Shown: piece by piece, positions 32,172 to 43,216 of the stretch
Numbering within the stretch: position 1 is the stretch's first letter
Layout of the letters: each line of letters starts with the position of its first letter
From: a bacterium
GTDB lineage: Bacteria > Zhuqueibacterota > Zhuqueibacteria > Residuimicrobiales > Krinioviventaceae
DNA length: 64,000 nt
Assembly: GCA_963674595.2 (NCBI GenBank)
Contig: CAXXFV010000027.1
Span: 64,001 to 128,000 of the forward strand
Direction: 5' to 3'
Program-made: the position numbers and the translations under genes
The notes under the pieces: generated by a model
Told to the model about the DNA's origin: nothing
Seen by the model: only the letters and a program-made list of their open reading frames with translations
Databases searched by the model: none

Positions 32172-34415
32172 ATGCAAAAAAGCAGATTATTATTCTTTTC
32201 ATTATTTATTCTTTTTTTTCTCACATTTCATCATACCGTTTTATCGACTGTTAACGACCCGTCTTATCTAGACAAGCCCTTTATTCAGGAATATCACGAA
32301 GCATATATTCCGGGGGAAAACTCTGCGGAAAACGATGTTAAAAGCATTGCTGTTGATCACAAATCCAATATCTGGATTGCTACGGCAGACGGTATTTTTA
32401 CCAAACCCTTTGCTGATAAAAAATGGTTAAAAATCATCCAAGGTGAATCCAGAGGACCTGCCTATGCGGTTGCCGTCGATAAACAAAATGTAGTTTGGCT
32501 GGGTACCTGGGACGGTCTCTATAGCGTTATTGACGGAGAACTGAATAAACTAAACAATATCAATTCTCCAATTTCCGTTATCTGTCCCACAAAAAAAGGT
32601 ACCTATTTCCTTGGACCCAAAGAAACATGGTATTATTCGCAAAATACCTGGCAGCAAAAAAACTATTCAACAGCAAAATCTATTCGGGATGCCGTTTGTG
32701 ATGATAAAGGGGGTTTGTGGATCGCCACAGACATCGGATTATATCATTGTACGGACCAAAACACAGAACTTTATCAGAGTGAAAAAGAGTTAATCAGCGC
32801 CTATATAAGAGGACTGGATTTTGCAAACGATGGACAATTATGGGCCGGAGGTTTAGGCGGTGTGACTATCCGAAAGGGTACACAAAAACTTTTAACGCTT
32901 ACACCCGGTAATGGGATTCCCTCTGTTTTTGTTAACAGTGTTGACTGTTCTCCTGATGGTTTTATGTGGGTCGGAACAGATTGTGGTGTTGTTCGATATG
33001 ACAAATCCGGCAACTCTTCACTTCGTTTTAGCAAACGCTGGCTGGTAGATGATAAAGTGCGAGATGTCACGTTTGATCAGCAGGGCAATGCCTGGATAGC
33101 TACGGCCGGCGGTGTCAGTGCCATTAAACGAAAAAACATGACGTTGGCGGGTAAAGCTGACTACTTTTACAATGTGCTGATGAAAAGACATATTCGTGAA
33201 CCCTGGATTGCGGGTCAATGCCGTTTAGCTGTCCCGGGTGATACAACAACCTGGCAGCCTGAAGATGATGATAATGACGGCGAGTATACAGGCGGTTATT
33301 TGGCCATGGAAAGCTTGCGTTATGCAGTTACAAAAGACCCGGATGCCAAAGAAAAGGCAGCGAAAGCTTTTGCGTTTTTAAAGTTTTTACGTGAGGTGAC
33401 TGGAAGAGACGGCTTGTTTGCCCGCACTATTGTTCCGGCTGACTGGAAACAGGTGCATGACACTAACCGCCGCTATACGGAAAAACAATTAGCAGACGAA
33501 CTTTTACGGGATCCGCGATATAAACCGGTAGAAAACCGTTGGCATCCTTCCAAAGATGGCAAATGGTTATGGAAAGGCGACACCAGCAGTGACGAAATGT
33601 GCGGCCACATGATGGGTTATTTTTATTATTTCAAGTTTGCTGCTGATGAAAATCAAAAGCAGGAAATTCGCCAGCATGTCTGCAAAATTATGGACGATCT
33701 TGTTACAAACAATTATAATCTCATTGGCGTCGACGGCACACAGACCCGTTGGGGTGTCTGGTCACCGGACCAGTTAAATCGTAATCCGGATTGGGCGCCG
33801 GAAAAAGCCCTTAATTCCTTTGAATTGTTGGCCTATTTAAAATTTGTTTATGGTATTACGGGGAATCAAAAATATCAGAACGAATATATGCGTTTAATAA
33901 ATGAAGAACATTATCTTGAAAATGCAAAAAAAATGAATCGTAAAAATCCCGCATGGTATATTTATTTTGATGTCACCATGGCCGGATATCTGTTTCCGAT
34001 TCTGTTGGAATATGAACAGGACCCGGAGATTTTGCACGTTTATGAACAACTTTTTGATGAATGGTTTGAAAAGCAAATTCGTGACAAAAGTGCACTCAAC
34101 AATCTGACCTATTGTTTTGCGCGAAAAACCAACAAAGAAATTCAGGCATCGGTTAATTTTCTTATTGATACGCCCCTGGACCTGGTAGACTGGCCTATTA
34201 ATCACGGCAAACGGGAAGATATTCAGCTTGTGCGAATCCCAACCCTGGAAGAGTGGCAAACAAACAAGCTCGTCCCTCCTTCTATTCGAGCCACAGTACG
34301 TTGGGACAAAAATCCCTGGGCCGCTGTTGCCGGAAATCCTTATCGTGAACGGGAGCCGGTGTTTTGGCTTTTACCCTATTGGATGGGGCGATATATTGGT
34401 GTGATTGTGGAATAA
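32172..34415 (+). CDS. Exported protein: Reg_prop-type beta-propeller plus uncharacterised helical C-terminal domain
   Basis: Signal peptide; repeated D-x-x-G-x-(L/I)-W-x-(A/G)-T blades; DNDGEYT and WKGDTSSDE. Confidence 0.75.
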   Translation: MQKSRLLFFSLFILFFLTFHHTVLSTVNDPSYLDKPFIQEYHEAYIPGENSAENDVKSIAVDHKSNIWIATADGIFTKPFADKKWLKIIQGESRGPAYAVAVDKQNVVWLGTWDGLYSVIDGELNKLNNINSPISVICPTKKGTYFLGPKETWYYSQNTWQQKNYSTAKSIRDAVCDDKGGLWIATDIGLYHCTDQNTELYQSEKELISAYIRGLDFANDGQLWAGGLGGVTIRKGTQKLLTLTPGNGIPSVFVNSVDCSPDGFMWVGTDCGVVRYDKSGNSSLRFSKRWLVDDKVRDVTFDQQGNAWIATAGGVSAIKRKNMTLAGKADYFYNVLMKRHIREPWIAGQCRLAVPGDTTTWQPEDDDNDGEYTGGYLAMESLRYAVTKDPDAKEKAAKAFAFLKFLREVTGRDGLFARTIVPADWKQVHDTNRRYTEKQLADELLRDPRYKPVENRWHPSKDGKWLWKGDTSSDEMCGHMMGYFYYFKFAADENQKQEIRQHVCKIMDDLVTNNYNLIGVDGTQTRWGVWSPDQLNRNPDWAPEKALNSFELLAYLKFVYGITGNQKYQNEYMRLINEEHYLENAKKMNRKNPAWYIYFDVTMAGYLFPILLEYEQDPEILHVYEQLFDEWFEKQIRDKSALNNLTYCFARKTNKEIQASVNFLIDTPLDLVDWPINHGKREDIQLVRIPTLEEWQTNKLVPPSIRATVRWDKNPWAAVAGNPYREREPVFWLLPYWMGRYIGVIVE

Positions 34416-34443
34416 TATAGTTTCCGACATTGAGCTGCTTTAT

Positions 34444-34477
34444 AAAAAAAGGGATTCAAAATATTGAATCCCTTTTT
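34444..34477. terminator. Bidirectional intrinsic terminator
   Basis: A7-GGGATTCAA-AATA-TTGAATCCC-T5 between convergent genes. Confidence 0.85.
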
Positions 34478-34503
34478 AATAATCGCTACAACTTGACAAT
34501 TAC

Positions 34504-35751
34504 TTATCTAGATTCATAGGGCCCAAAAACAGCCTTGATCTTGTATGATTCACTGCTGTCATCAATGATAATTATTTTATAGGTATCTCCACCATCAGCC
34601 ACACGGATGAGAATATGTCCCTGATCGCTTTTTAATTGTTCGAGTCTATCCCCAATAACGGTTTTATTGGCCTGCATCATGTTGGTGGCAAAAATATCCC
34701 GGGGACCGGGATAAATTTTTTCCGATAATAAACGTCTTAAAACACTCAAACACGGATGATCCGCTGACCATACCGGAATAATCTGTACACGCGGTCTTAG
34801 TACACTCAGGAAAAATGCGTTTTGCGAATCAACATAACCATGATGATCAAGGATCATAACATCAACCGGTCCGATAGCCTGGGCAACAGGCGTTTCCTGG
34901 TCATTCCACAGCGGCATACCATAATCCACAACACCGTTTATATCGCCGCCGTTATAAAAGTCAAATTTGCCATAGGACATTCTAAAAACAATACTGCACA
35001 TATTTTCATTGGGATATTCTTCAGGAGACAGGTCTTTTAAATCCGGAAAATGTTTTCGGGTTACATTACCCACACCGGTCCAAATCTCACCATTAACAGC
35101 TACATTACGTATTTCAAAATTATCAAACGCGTCCGGTTCATTTAAAAGCACAATCTGGTCGTTGCGTCCTGCCTGAAACTTTTCAACAGTTATATTGTTG
35201 TTTTTAATCTGCCAGTCCACAAAATCACGATAATTATTTACCATCATCTTGTCTTTTCGAATGGGATAATTATAATTTGGCCAATCGCGGTCAATAATTT
35301 TATCTAACTTGAAATGTTCGGCAACCTCGGTAATACCGCTAAGACGATAACTTTTAGACTTGGAAAATGGGCATTCTTCCGTAATGTCACCCATGTGATC
35401 ATCGTGAAAATGCGTTAACATGGCATAATTTACGGAAGTGATGGATTCATTTCCGGGCAGATTTTTAATATAACGCACTATCCATTCACCGGCCGAACGT
35501 GAAGCATTCGGACAAAGTTGAGTTAATCGCGGGCTTTTTTCCAGCATAGCCCCGGCATCAACAATAAGAGTTGTCCCATCCGGCAAAATAGAAAAAGACG
35601 CCTCTCCCCTGCCGGTATTGATAAAGTGGATGTCCAACCCTCCTTTTTCCCAGGGCGTTATAACCTGTCCGACCTCCTCAGATACGGAAATACCGGCGAT
35701 AATTAACATACTGAAAACAATAACTGTAAAAATTCTTTTCAATTCCATCAT
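34504..35751 (-). CDS. Exported MBL-fold metallohydrolase (ComEC-like)
   Basis: DIHFINTGRG, VDAG, THFHDDH (HxHxDH), GGD, HHG. Confidence 0.85.
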   Translation of the reverse strand: MMELKRIFTVIVFSMLIIAGISVSEEVGQVITPWEKGGLDIHFINTGRGEASFSILPDGTTLIVDAGAMLEKSPRLTQLCPNASRSAGEWIVRYIKNLPGNESITSVNYAMLTHFHDDHMGDITEECPFSKSKSYRLSGITEVAEHFKLDKIIDRDWPNYNYPIRKDKMMVNNYRDFVDWQIKNNNITVEKFQAGRNDQIVLLNEPDAFDNFEIRNVAVNGEIWTGVGNVTRKHFPDLKDLSPEEYPNENMCSIVFRMSYGKFDFYNGGDINGVVDYGMPLWNDQETPVAQAIGPVDVMILDHHGYVDSQNAFFLSVLRPRVQIIPVWSADHPCLSVLRRLLSEKIYPGPRDIFATNMMQANKTVIGDRLEQLKSDQGHILIRVADGGDTYKIIIIDDSSESYKIKAVFGPYESR

Positions 35752-35865
35752 TCACCTCAGCCATAATTAATTCAACAGTTCAAGTATTTGTATAATTGAA
35801 TATACAAATTAAATTATAAAATGAAAGGATTTTCAGATTTTTCTTTTTTAATTTTTAAAAACAAC

Positions 35866-35894
35866 TTGCGGAAATTTCAATTATTTTGTATAAT
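35866..35894 (+). promoter_or_regulatory. Sigma70-type promoter
   Basis: TTGCGG-N17-TATAAT. Confidence 0.6.
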
Positions 35895-35997
35895 TCCCAA
35901 ATCATCTAACGATTTGTTTTTCAATACATTGAATTAATTAACAACTCATCCTTCAAATTCACAACATTCAAAAAATTAAACAAGAGGAAACAGAAAA

Positions 35998-37023
35998 ATG
36001 AAAGCCAGAATTATGATCGTTTTGTTAACATTACTATTTCTTACAATACCGACTTTTGGTCAAATTGCACTGGAATGGGGACTGTTACCGCAAACAGAAG
36101 GCAAAGATTTGTCTGTTCCGTTTGATCAAACCAAAGTAACTGCAAATGATTTCAAAATAAACCTTGGTGTACCTGTTGTATTGTCAACTGTGGATAACGG
36201 CACTGAAAATGAACCATCACTTGTTTTAATTAATAATATTTTCTATGGGAATAAACATTTAGAAGTTAATAATTGGCCCTTTTATTCGCTGGATGAACAG
36301 CAAAATTATAAATTAAACTTTATGGGGTCTTATGATCATCTTGTTTCTTTTGGTTATTCGGCAATGTTGATGAAAAGAGTTTCAGCCAAATGGTCTCTAT
36401 TGGGTATGGGAGGTTTTACCTATGCCGGTGTTAGTCCGGATGAATATAAAACAGAGGATATCGGTTTTAATGGTGGTTTTGCTGCGTTACGTAAATTGAA
36501 ATCAAACTGGTCTTGGGGTATAGGATTGTATTACAGCCGTTTAACCGGTGCAGATGCAATCTTGCCTTTAATCATTATTGAAAAGGAAACTGAAAAAAGC
36601 ACTATAAGTATTACGTTGCCCAGTGATATTAACTATTGGTATCATCTTAATAAAAAGCTGTCTTTAGGATTGCTGGCGCAGCTTGAAGGAGATTTGTACA
36701 CTTTTAGTGAAACATCAAATCAATATGATGAAAACGGACAGCTTGTTTCAACCGATAATAAAGTAGGATTAGCCTATTCTGCGCTCACCTTAGGGCCGGC
36801 ATTCAAGTTTTCGCTTTCCAATGGAATTGCTTTAATTGTACGCACCGGAATGTCTCTTGCCCGGCGGTATCAATATTGGGTCCCGGATGAAAACCAGCCT
36901 TTAAGATATAACGCGAGTCCATATTATCTCTCCCTTACCGGCCACGATTTCAGCGGTGAAGAGATAGACTTTCCCATGAAAAAGACGGCTTTTATAAAGC
37001 TTACGTTGGGATTTGGTATTTAA
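35998..37023 (+). CDS. Outer-membrane beta-barrel protein (DUF6268-like)
   Basis: Signal peptide, amphipathic strands, terminal LTLGFGI. Confidence 0.7.
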   Translation: MKARIMIVLLTLLFLTIPTFGQIALEWGLLPQTEGKDLSVPFDQTKVTANDFKINLGVPVVLSTVDNGTENEPSLVLINNIFYGNKHLEVNNWPFYSLDEQQNYKLNFMGSYDHLVSFGYSAMLMKRVSAKWSLLGMGGFTYAGVSPDEYKTEDIGFNGGFAALRKLKSNWSWGIGLYYSRLTGADAILPLIIIEKETEKSTISITLPSDINYWYHLNKKLSLGLLAQLEGDLYTFSETSNQYDENGQLVSTDNKVGLAYSALTLGPAFKFSLSNGIALIVRTGMSLARRYQYWVPDENQPLRYNASPYYLSLTGHDFSGEEIDFPMKKTAFIKLTLGFGI

Positions 37024-37187
37024 CAATAGATCAATTCCTTAAAAATCCCTTGTTCTGATTTTAAATTATTTGTATAATCCTCCTGCTTATTATTACTCAT
37101 TTAGCAAGAGGCCTTATATTGACAGGATCTGGTAGTCCGCTAAATGTAAACCCACAAAATAAAATAATTTCAGGACATCTAAAAAAT

Positions 37188-37955
37188 ATGGAACAACTAA
37201 TAGAAACATTTAAAACAAAATTACATGCAGGTGAGCCACTTTATGGTTTATTTTCCAAATCAAGCGATCCTGCATTTATAGAAATATCAGGCTATGCAGG
37301 CTTTGACTTTATCATCCTTGATATGGAGCATGGCGCTGTGGGATATGAGTCACTGCAAAATTTGATAAGAGCAACCTTTGCAGGAGGTATTTTACCTGTT
37401 GTTAGAGTTCAAAGTATTGAAGAAACATTAATAGGAAAAGCATTTGATGCAGGTGCACTGGGGGTTCAGATACCACAGGTTACAAATGTCAAAGATGCCG
37501 AATCAGCAATAAAGGCTTCAAAATTTTATCCTTTAGGTGAAAGAGGTGTTTGCAGGTTTGTTAGGGCCGCTAAATATTCATCCCTGGATAAAACCTCGTA
37601 TTTCAGGGAAGCAAATCAATGTCTGGTAATATTACAAGTTGAGGGTCAACAGGCTATAAACGAAATAGACCATATAATTGCTGTTGAAGGATTTGACATT
37701 CTTTTTATCGGTCCATATGATTTATCCCAATCGCTAGGTTTACCGGGAGAAGTAACCCATCCCAAAGTAATTAATCAAATGAAAATGATTGTCGAAAAAG
37801 CCCAAAAAGCCGGCAAAATAGTCGGGACGTTCACAGATACCCCATCACAGGTTAAACTTTGGCGGGATGCCGGGATACAATATATTGCTTACTCAGTTGA
37901 TGTAGGTATATATTATGACGCTTGCACGCAAATACTTGAAAAGATAACTGAATAA
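37188..37955 (+). CDS. HpcH/HpaI-family aldolase
   Basis: DFIILDMEHG, VVRV, QVEG, FIGPYDLS. Confidence 0.92.
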   Translation: MEQLIETFKTKLHAGEPLYGLFSKSSDPAFIEISGYAGFDFIILDMEHGAVGYESLQNLIRATFAGGILPVVRVQSIEETLIGKAFDAGALGVQIPQVTNVKDAESAIKASKFYPLGERGVCRFVRAAKYSSLDKTSYFREANQCLVILQVEGQQAINEIDHIIAVEGFDILFIGPYDLSQSLGLPGEVTHPKVINQMKMIVEKAQKAGKIVGTFTDTPSQVKLWRDAGIQYIAYSVDVGIYYDACTQILEKITE

Positions 37956-37965
37956 AAGGAAACTG

Positions 37966-39213
37966 ATGAAAAATATTTTTACTAAATGCTGGTATTTACT
38001 GCTCTCGGTTGGACCGGGCATTTTTTGTATTGGTTATACTATTGGCACCGGAAGCGTTACTTCAATGATCAAATCAGGCAGTCAATATGGAATGCAGTTA
38101 CTGTGGGTTTTATTCCTTTCAACTTTTTTTGCATGGATATTAATGGAGACCTTTGGGCGCTTTGCCGCTGTTACAGGAGGCACAGCAATTCACAGCTTTA
38201 AAACCAGGCTAAAGTATGGCAAGTTGATAGCAATATTAACAATTATTGGAGTTGTCATCGGGCAGTGGAATTCACTTTCCGGTATACTGGGTTTATCATC
38301 CCATGCAATTTATGAAATGTTACACCTGTTTATTCCCGGCATGGCCAAAGAAAGCTATTGGGGCGTACTGGCTATTGCTGTTGCAATTATCATTATTTTA
38401 TATAGTTTGCTGCTTATCGGCAGATATTCGTTTTTTGAAAAAATTCTCATAATTTTTGTTACTCTAATGGGTTTATCCTTTATCGTGTCTATGTTTATAG
38501 TTATGCCGCCTTTGGAGGTTATCGGCAAAGGATTTATCCCGCGTATTCCTGTTGGTGGCAGTCTCATGGTGGCAGCATTTGTCGGAACAACAATGGCAGC
38601 ACCAACATTTATTGTTCGACCTCTTCTTGTAAAAGAAAAAGGCTGGGGCATAGGAAACCTGCGTGAGCAAAGCCGGGATGCACTAATTTCCTCATTATTT
38701 ATGTTTTTTATCAGCGCATCTATTATGGTGGTTGCAACAGGCGCCTTGTTTTTTAAAGGCAGATCAGTTGAGAATGTACTTGATATGGTCTATTCTCTAG
38801 AACCGATAGCCGGCAAGTTCGCCATTGCCATTTTTATGGTCGGAACGCTTAGTGCGGGACTATCTTCTGTTTTTCCAATTTTAATGGTTGCTCCCCTGCT
38901 CATTGGTGATTACAGAAATGGAGAAATGGATATTAAATCTAAATTATTTAAAATATTAACGGCTTTTGCCTGCTTAATCGGACTCACTGTACCTATACTG
39001 GGGGCAAATCCTATAATAGCACAAATAGCTACACAGGTTGCCAATGTTTTTATTTTACCTTTGATCATTTCAGCTATTCTATTCCTGATTAATAATAAAA
39101 AACTGATGCAGGAACATAAAGCAGGACTTTTTTTGAATATGGGATTAATTTTGGCTTTACTTTTTTCATTAATTATATCATATACAGGAATTATCGGTCT
39201 TTTAGAATTGTAA
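37966..39213 (+). CDS. NRAMP-superfamily membrane transporter lacking the DPGN motif
   Basis: GPG..IGTGSV, GSQYGMQLLW, VGTT; about 11 TM segments. Confidence 0.8.
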   Translation: MKNIFTKCWYLLLSVGPGIFCIGYTIGTGSVTSMIKSGSQYGMQLLWVLFLSTFFAWILMETFGRFAAVTGGTAIHSFKTRLKYGKLIAILTIIGVVIGQWNSLSGILGLSSHAIYEMLHLFIPGMAKESYWGVLAIAVAIIIILYSLLLIGRYSFFEKILIIFVTLMGLSFIVSMFIVMPPLEVIGKGFIPRIPVGGSLMVAAFVGTTMAAPTFIVRPLLVKEKGWGIGNLREQSRDALISSLFMFFISASIMVVATGALFFKGRSVENVLDMVYSLEPIAGKFAIAIFMVGTLSAGLSSVFPILMVAPLLIGDYRNGEMDIKSKLFKILTAFACLIGLTVPILGANPIIAQIATQVANVFILPLIISAILFLINNKKLMQEHKAGLFLNMGLILALLFSLIISYTGIIGLLEL

Positions 39214-39258
39214 GCAGAGAATTGAGTCATTTTTATGAGTTAAATAAAAAAGGATAGT

Positions 39259-39765
39259 ATGAGACGTATTTTACAAATTTCTTTTCTATTTTTATTCTTA
39301 TCTGCAATAATGTTATCTTCATGCAATAATAAAGTTGGGGGTAAATTCTATTCTTTTAAGGTTAAAGCTCTATCCGGTGATGAAATACGGCTGGACGATT
39401 ATCGTGGAAAAATTTTATTAATCAATGTTTGGGATACTATTTGTCCTCCGTGTGTTGCAGAGTTTCCTTCTTTTATTGAATTATACAACACATATAATAA
39501 GGACGGTCTTGAGATATTGGGATTAACTCCAGCACTTTATGCCAATAAAGATGAGGTAAAACAGTTTTTAATAAAGCATGGGATTAATTATCCAAATGCA
39601 ATCGTTTCTAAAAAATTATTATCAAAATTGCCCAAAGGTAAAGGAATACCCATAACATATTTGATTAACCAGGATGGGATACTTTTACATAAATATATTG
39701 GATATCAGGAAAAAGCAACTTTTGAAAATCATATCAAATTGTTATTTGAAAAAAAGCAGCTCTAA
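39259..39765 (+). CDS. TlpA/ResA-like thioredoxin lipoprotein
   Basis: Lipobox LSSC, WDTICPPC, GIPITY. Confidence 0.88.
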   Translation: MRRILQISFLFLFLSAIMLSSCNNKVGGKFYSFKVKALSGDEIRLDDYRGKILLINVWDTICPPCVAEFPSFIELYNTYNKDGLEILGLTPALYANKDEVKQFLIKHGINYPNAIVSKKLLSKLPKGKGIPITYLINQDGILLHKYIGYQEKATFENHIKLLFEKKQL

Positions 39766-39780
39766 ATTATAAAACTCTTT

Positions 39781-42084
39781 TTATTTTAACAATATCATCC
39801 TTTTCATTTGAGTCATGGAACCACAGGTCAGAGTATAAAAATATATTCCACTGGGCATATTTACAGCATTCCATTGGTATTCATAGTTTCCCGGGGAAAG
39901 CTGCTCATCAACTAACGTGGCAACAAGTTGACCTGTTATGTTGTAAATTAAAAGTGTAACATGATTTGCAGCCGGTATTGAAAAACAAATTGTCGTAGCC
40001 GGATTAAAGGGATTGGGATAATTTTGTTCAAGAATAAATTGTGTAGGAATTTCGGTGAATTGATCACTCGCCACGTCAGTCATTCCGTCAACATTTTGAC
40101 TTGAAAAAGTCGGGCTCATTTGTACAAAAGTTCCTGTTCCGTTTGGATATCTGCCTGTTGATATGTCCGATGTTTGTTCGCCAAAACTTGTTTCATCTAC
40201 TATGGTTGTGTCGCTACTAGATAAATATATAGCTTCTCCTGAAGCGGAAAGTTTAAAATTCGCATGTAATCCCTCCTGCTCTTCATCTTTATCGGCCCAC
40301 ACAATTAAATAACTCCTGGCTGCGATAAATGTATCGGGAAATACCCACTGTGTAAGATCGTCAGCATCATCAGATAAAAAATATCCTGATAGCTGTATAT
40401 CATTTTCTGTATTATTGTAAAATTCAATCCAGTCATCATAATCTCCATATGCATCGGTGATTATGGACTCATTACTTGCCATAAATTCGTTAATAACCAA
40501 ATCACCCGAAACTGTTACAGAATAGAATTCAAAAGCAGCGCGTTCAGGTGAAAAAGATGCTGCATTCTCATTTTCCGCATAGATATAATATTGAAAACCA
40601 CTCGTCCCGGTTGCAACCAATGCCCCATAAATTCCATCCCCGGCAGCGTTGTCATTGTTACTACCGTCATCCAACATCTCTATTTTTTTATAATCAGTTG
40701 TTAAACCCGTTCGATAGGCCAATTGTACTGAACTTGCTCCTGATACATTGGCTGTTATATATACTTTTGAATTGGCGGATGGATTTGACGGACTTTTAAT
40801 TTCTGAAATTACCGGTTTCTCCGCCTGAAAATCAGAAAGTGAATTCAAATAGGCAACTCTTGAATCCATTAACTGAGTAATCCCAATGATGGACTCATTT
40901 TGTCCGGGTCTCCCTTCAATGTTGATAGCATTATCAATATTATTTTTAAAATCCGAATATGTATAAAACTTGTTGGGATCGTTCAGTACATCATCGTCAA
41001 TAATTTCCTGAATTTCCAACGCCCGGGTCCGATACAACCCATTTATCAAAAAATCATCCATAATTGTCTTCATGTGTGCTACATACATTTTTTTATATGT
41101 TGGATTGCTCAATATTTTACTAATAATTGGAAAATCACTATTAGTCGAATTTAAGAAAGGATCTAATTGCTGCAAACCGTTAATGCTGAGCTGATCCTCA
41201 TGCAAAAGTCTGGAAAATACTCCAAAATTTTCATTCAGGTCCCAAATAATCGGATTAAAATGTCCGGCATCATCCTGATATAAATAATAATTATGAGCAA
41301 AATTAACAGGTGAATCTAAATTTACGAATAAAATATCAAAGGCCAGCATCCACAAATGGCGGTCAACATTTAATACGTCCTCCACAGATTCAGAGTTATT
41401 ATTCAATACATCGAGAAAGTTGATCAGTTCTCCCCATCCATATTCAGATTCTAATTCATAATAATTTGCATAACTTGATGAATCCTGACCCAAATAATCC
41501 CAAATTATTACATAGGCTTGCGTTCCACCGCTTGCCAACTCGCCTTTAAAAAAAGCATTTTCATCACTACTAAAATGACTCCGTAAAAAGTGCTTGTCAA
41601 CATCCTGAACGCTTGTATAAAGGCCTATATAAGAGTTATTTATGTAAACGTTAGCATAGTTGGCCAAACCAGCAGGCATATATTCTCTGGCAATCTCATA
41701 TCCCAATACTTCCCTTATAAAACTGGGATCTTTATATACATTAGCAAGTTTTAATGTACCGTAATTTTCATGCAACTGGTCTTCTATAATATAATCAAGT
41801 TTTATATTAAGTGGATTTTTATCCTGGTTAGGATTATAGCTGCTGTTTCCTTTATATCTGACACCAACACTATCATATTTAATACCATTCACGACAACCG
41901 TTGCCAACAAACGCTCTTCATTTCCCTCTAAAAACAATTTATCTAATAAATAATCCCAATTTGGTTCTTCAAAAGTCAATTCGATTGTATTAATTGTGTT
42001 AACGTTATAAAAATCCTGACTAAAAATTTTTACAGCGGAAAATAACAAATAAACCATTAATGCCATTGCAGAGACATTTTTCAT
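39781..42084 (-). CDS. Secreted CotH-family kinase with lamin-tail domain and T9SS-type C-terminal domain
   Basis: RYKGNSS, HNYYLY, IIWDLN; INEFMASN..DWIEFYN; QNYPNPFNP..SGIYFY..MILLK. Confidence 0.88.
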   Translation of the reverse strand: MKNVSAMALMVYLLFSAVKIFSQDFYNVNTINTIELTFEEPNWDYLLDKLFLEGNEERLLATVVVNGIKYDSVGVRYKGNSSYNPNQDKNPLNIKLDYIIEDQLHENYGTLKLANVYKDPSFIREVLGYEIAREYMPAGLANYANVYINNSYIGLYTSVQDVDKHFLRSHFSSDENAFFKGELASGGTQAYVIIWDYLGQDSSSYANYYELESEYGWGELINFLDVLNNNSESVEDVLNVDRHLWMLAFDILFVNLDSPVNFAHNYYLYQDDAGHFNPIIWDLNENFGVFSRLLHEDQLSINGLQQLDPFLNSTNSDFPIISKILSNPTYKKMYVAHMKTIMDDFLINGLYRTRALEIQEIIDDDVLNDPNKFYTYSDFKNNIDNAINIEGRPGQNESIIGITQLMDSRVAYLNSLSDFQAEKPVISEIKSPSNPSANSKVYITANVSGASSVQLAYRTGLTTDYKKIEMLDDGSNNDNAAGDGIYGALVATGTSGFQYYIYAENENAASFSPERAAFEFYSVTVSGDLVINEFMASNESIITDAYGDYDDWIEFYNNTENDIQLSGYFLSDDADDLTQWVFPDTFIAARSYLIVWADKDEEQEGLHANFKLSASGEAIYLSSSDTTIVDETSFGEQTSDISTGRYPNGTGTFVQMSPTFSSQNVDGMTDVASDQFTEIPTQFILEQNYPNPFNPATTICFSIPAANHVTLLIYNITGQLVATLVDEQLSPGNYEYQWNAVNMPSGIYFYTLTCGSMTQMKRMILLK

Positions 42085-42402
42085 TATCTACTCCTTTTGC
42101 TTAACATCTTTTTTATATAGTTGAATTGTTTGGCATTTTTTATAAGATTTGTTGCTTACATCTTTAATACCTTTGACTCCTTTTTTTAAAAAAACATGCG
42201 CAGAAATTAAAAATAAATTCAGCTAAATAGAAAAAGATTGTTATAAAAAAATGTATGCAGCATTTAAAAAATAATCAAGAAGCAGGAAATTGATGAGGAA
42301 CAGGTATGTAATAAATCTGACCTAATGACATATATATTTATTTGTTAAGGCAATTCCGACAGAATTTAGGTATTTCCCCCCTGTTGAAAACGTTAAATAA
42401 AT

Positions 42403-43216
42403 TTATTTCAGCGCTCCGGCTGACAATCCTTTCACAAAAGTTTTTTGCATAATTAAAAAGATAAATAAAGGCGGAATACTAAACAAGACGGCGGCTGCGG
42501 ACATTGTGGTTCCACACGTCTGTATATTCACCGACAAACATACCAATACCGACCGGGATAGTTCTCACCGTATCAGAAGTGCTCAGAATTAATGCAAAGA
42601 AAAACTCATTCCAGGAGCCTAAAAAAGCAAATAAAGCTGTTGCGCCCAAACCCGGTAACGCGAGCGGTAAAAGTACTTTGATCAGACACGTCATTTTCGA
42701 ACAGCCGTCGATTAAAGACGCGTCTTCAATTTCCTTGGGGATCGTTTTAAAAAATCCATAAAGCAGCCAGATTACAAATGGCAGCATAACTGCGGTATGG
42801 GTTAAAATTAATCCGATATAGGTATCATACATTCCTGCTTTTCTGATAACCTGAAAAAGAGGTATGATAACCGAAGCGCCGGGAAGCATTTGCGATAATA
42901 AAAAGACCATTAAAAACAACTCTTTTCCTTTAAAATTAAACCGCGAAAAAGAAAATGCCGCCAAACTGCCGATTAATAATGTTAAAAAAGTTGCTGAAAG
43001 AGCAACAACCAAACTATTCACCGTATATTGACCGAAAGGCAAATAGTCAAACATACCTTTATAGGGCTGCAAACTCATATCTTGAGTTACCCATTCCGGC
43101 GGGTATTTATTCACTTGTGGCAATGGTTTTAAAGAGGTGGAAAACATCCACAGAAACGGAAGTAAAACAGCAAAAGCAATTATACTCAATAATATAATCA
43201 ATAACACCTTTTTCAT
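42403..43216 (-). CDS. Carbohydrate ABC transporter permease (frameshift near 42508)
   Basis: EAA-like IEDASLIDG; true C-terminus MSAAAVLFSIPP..QKTFVKGLSAGALK-TAA continues in another frame. Confidence 0.9.
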
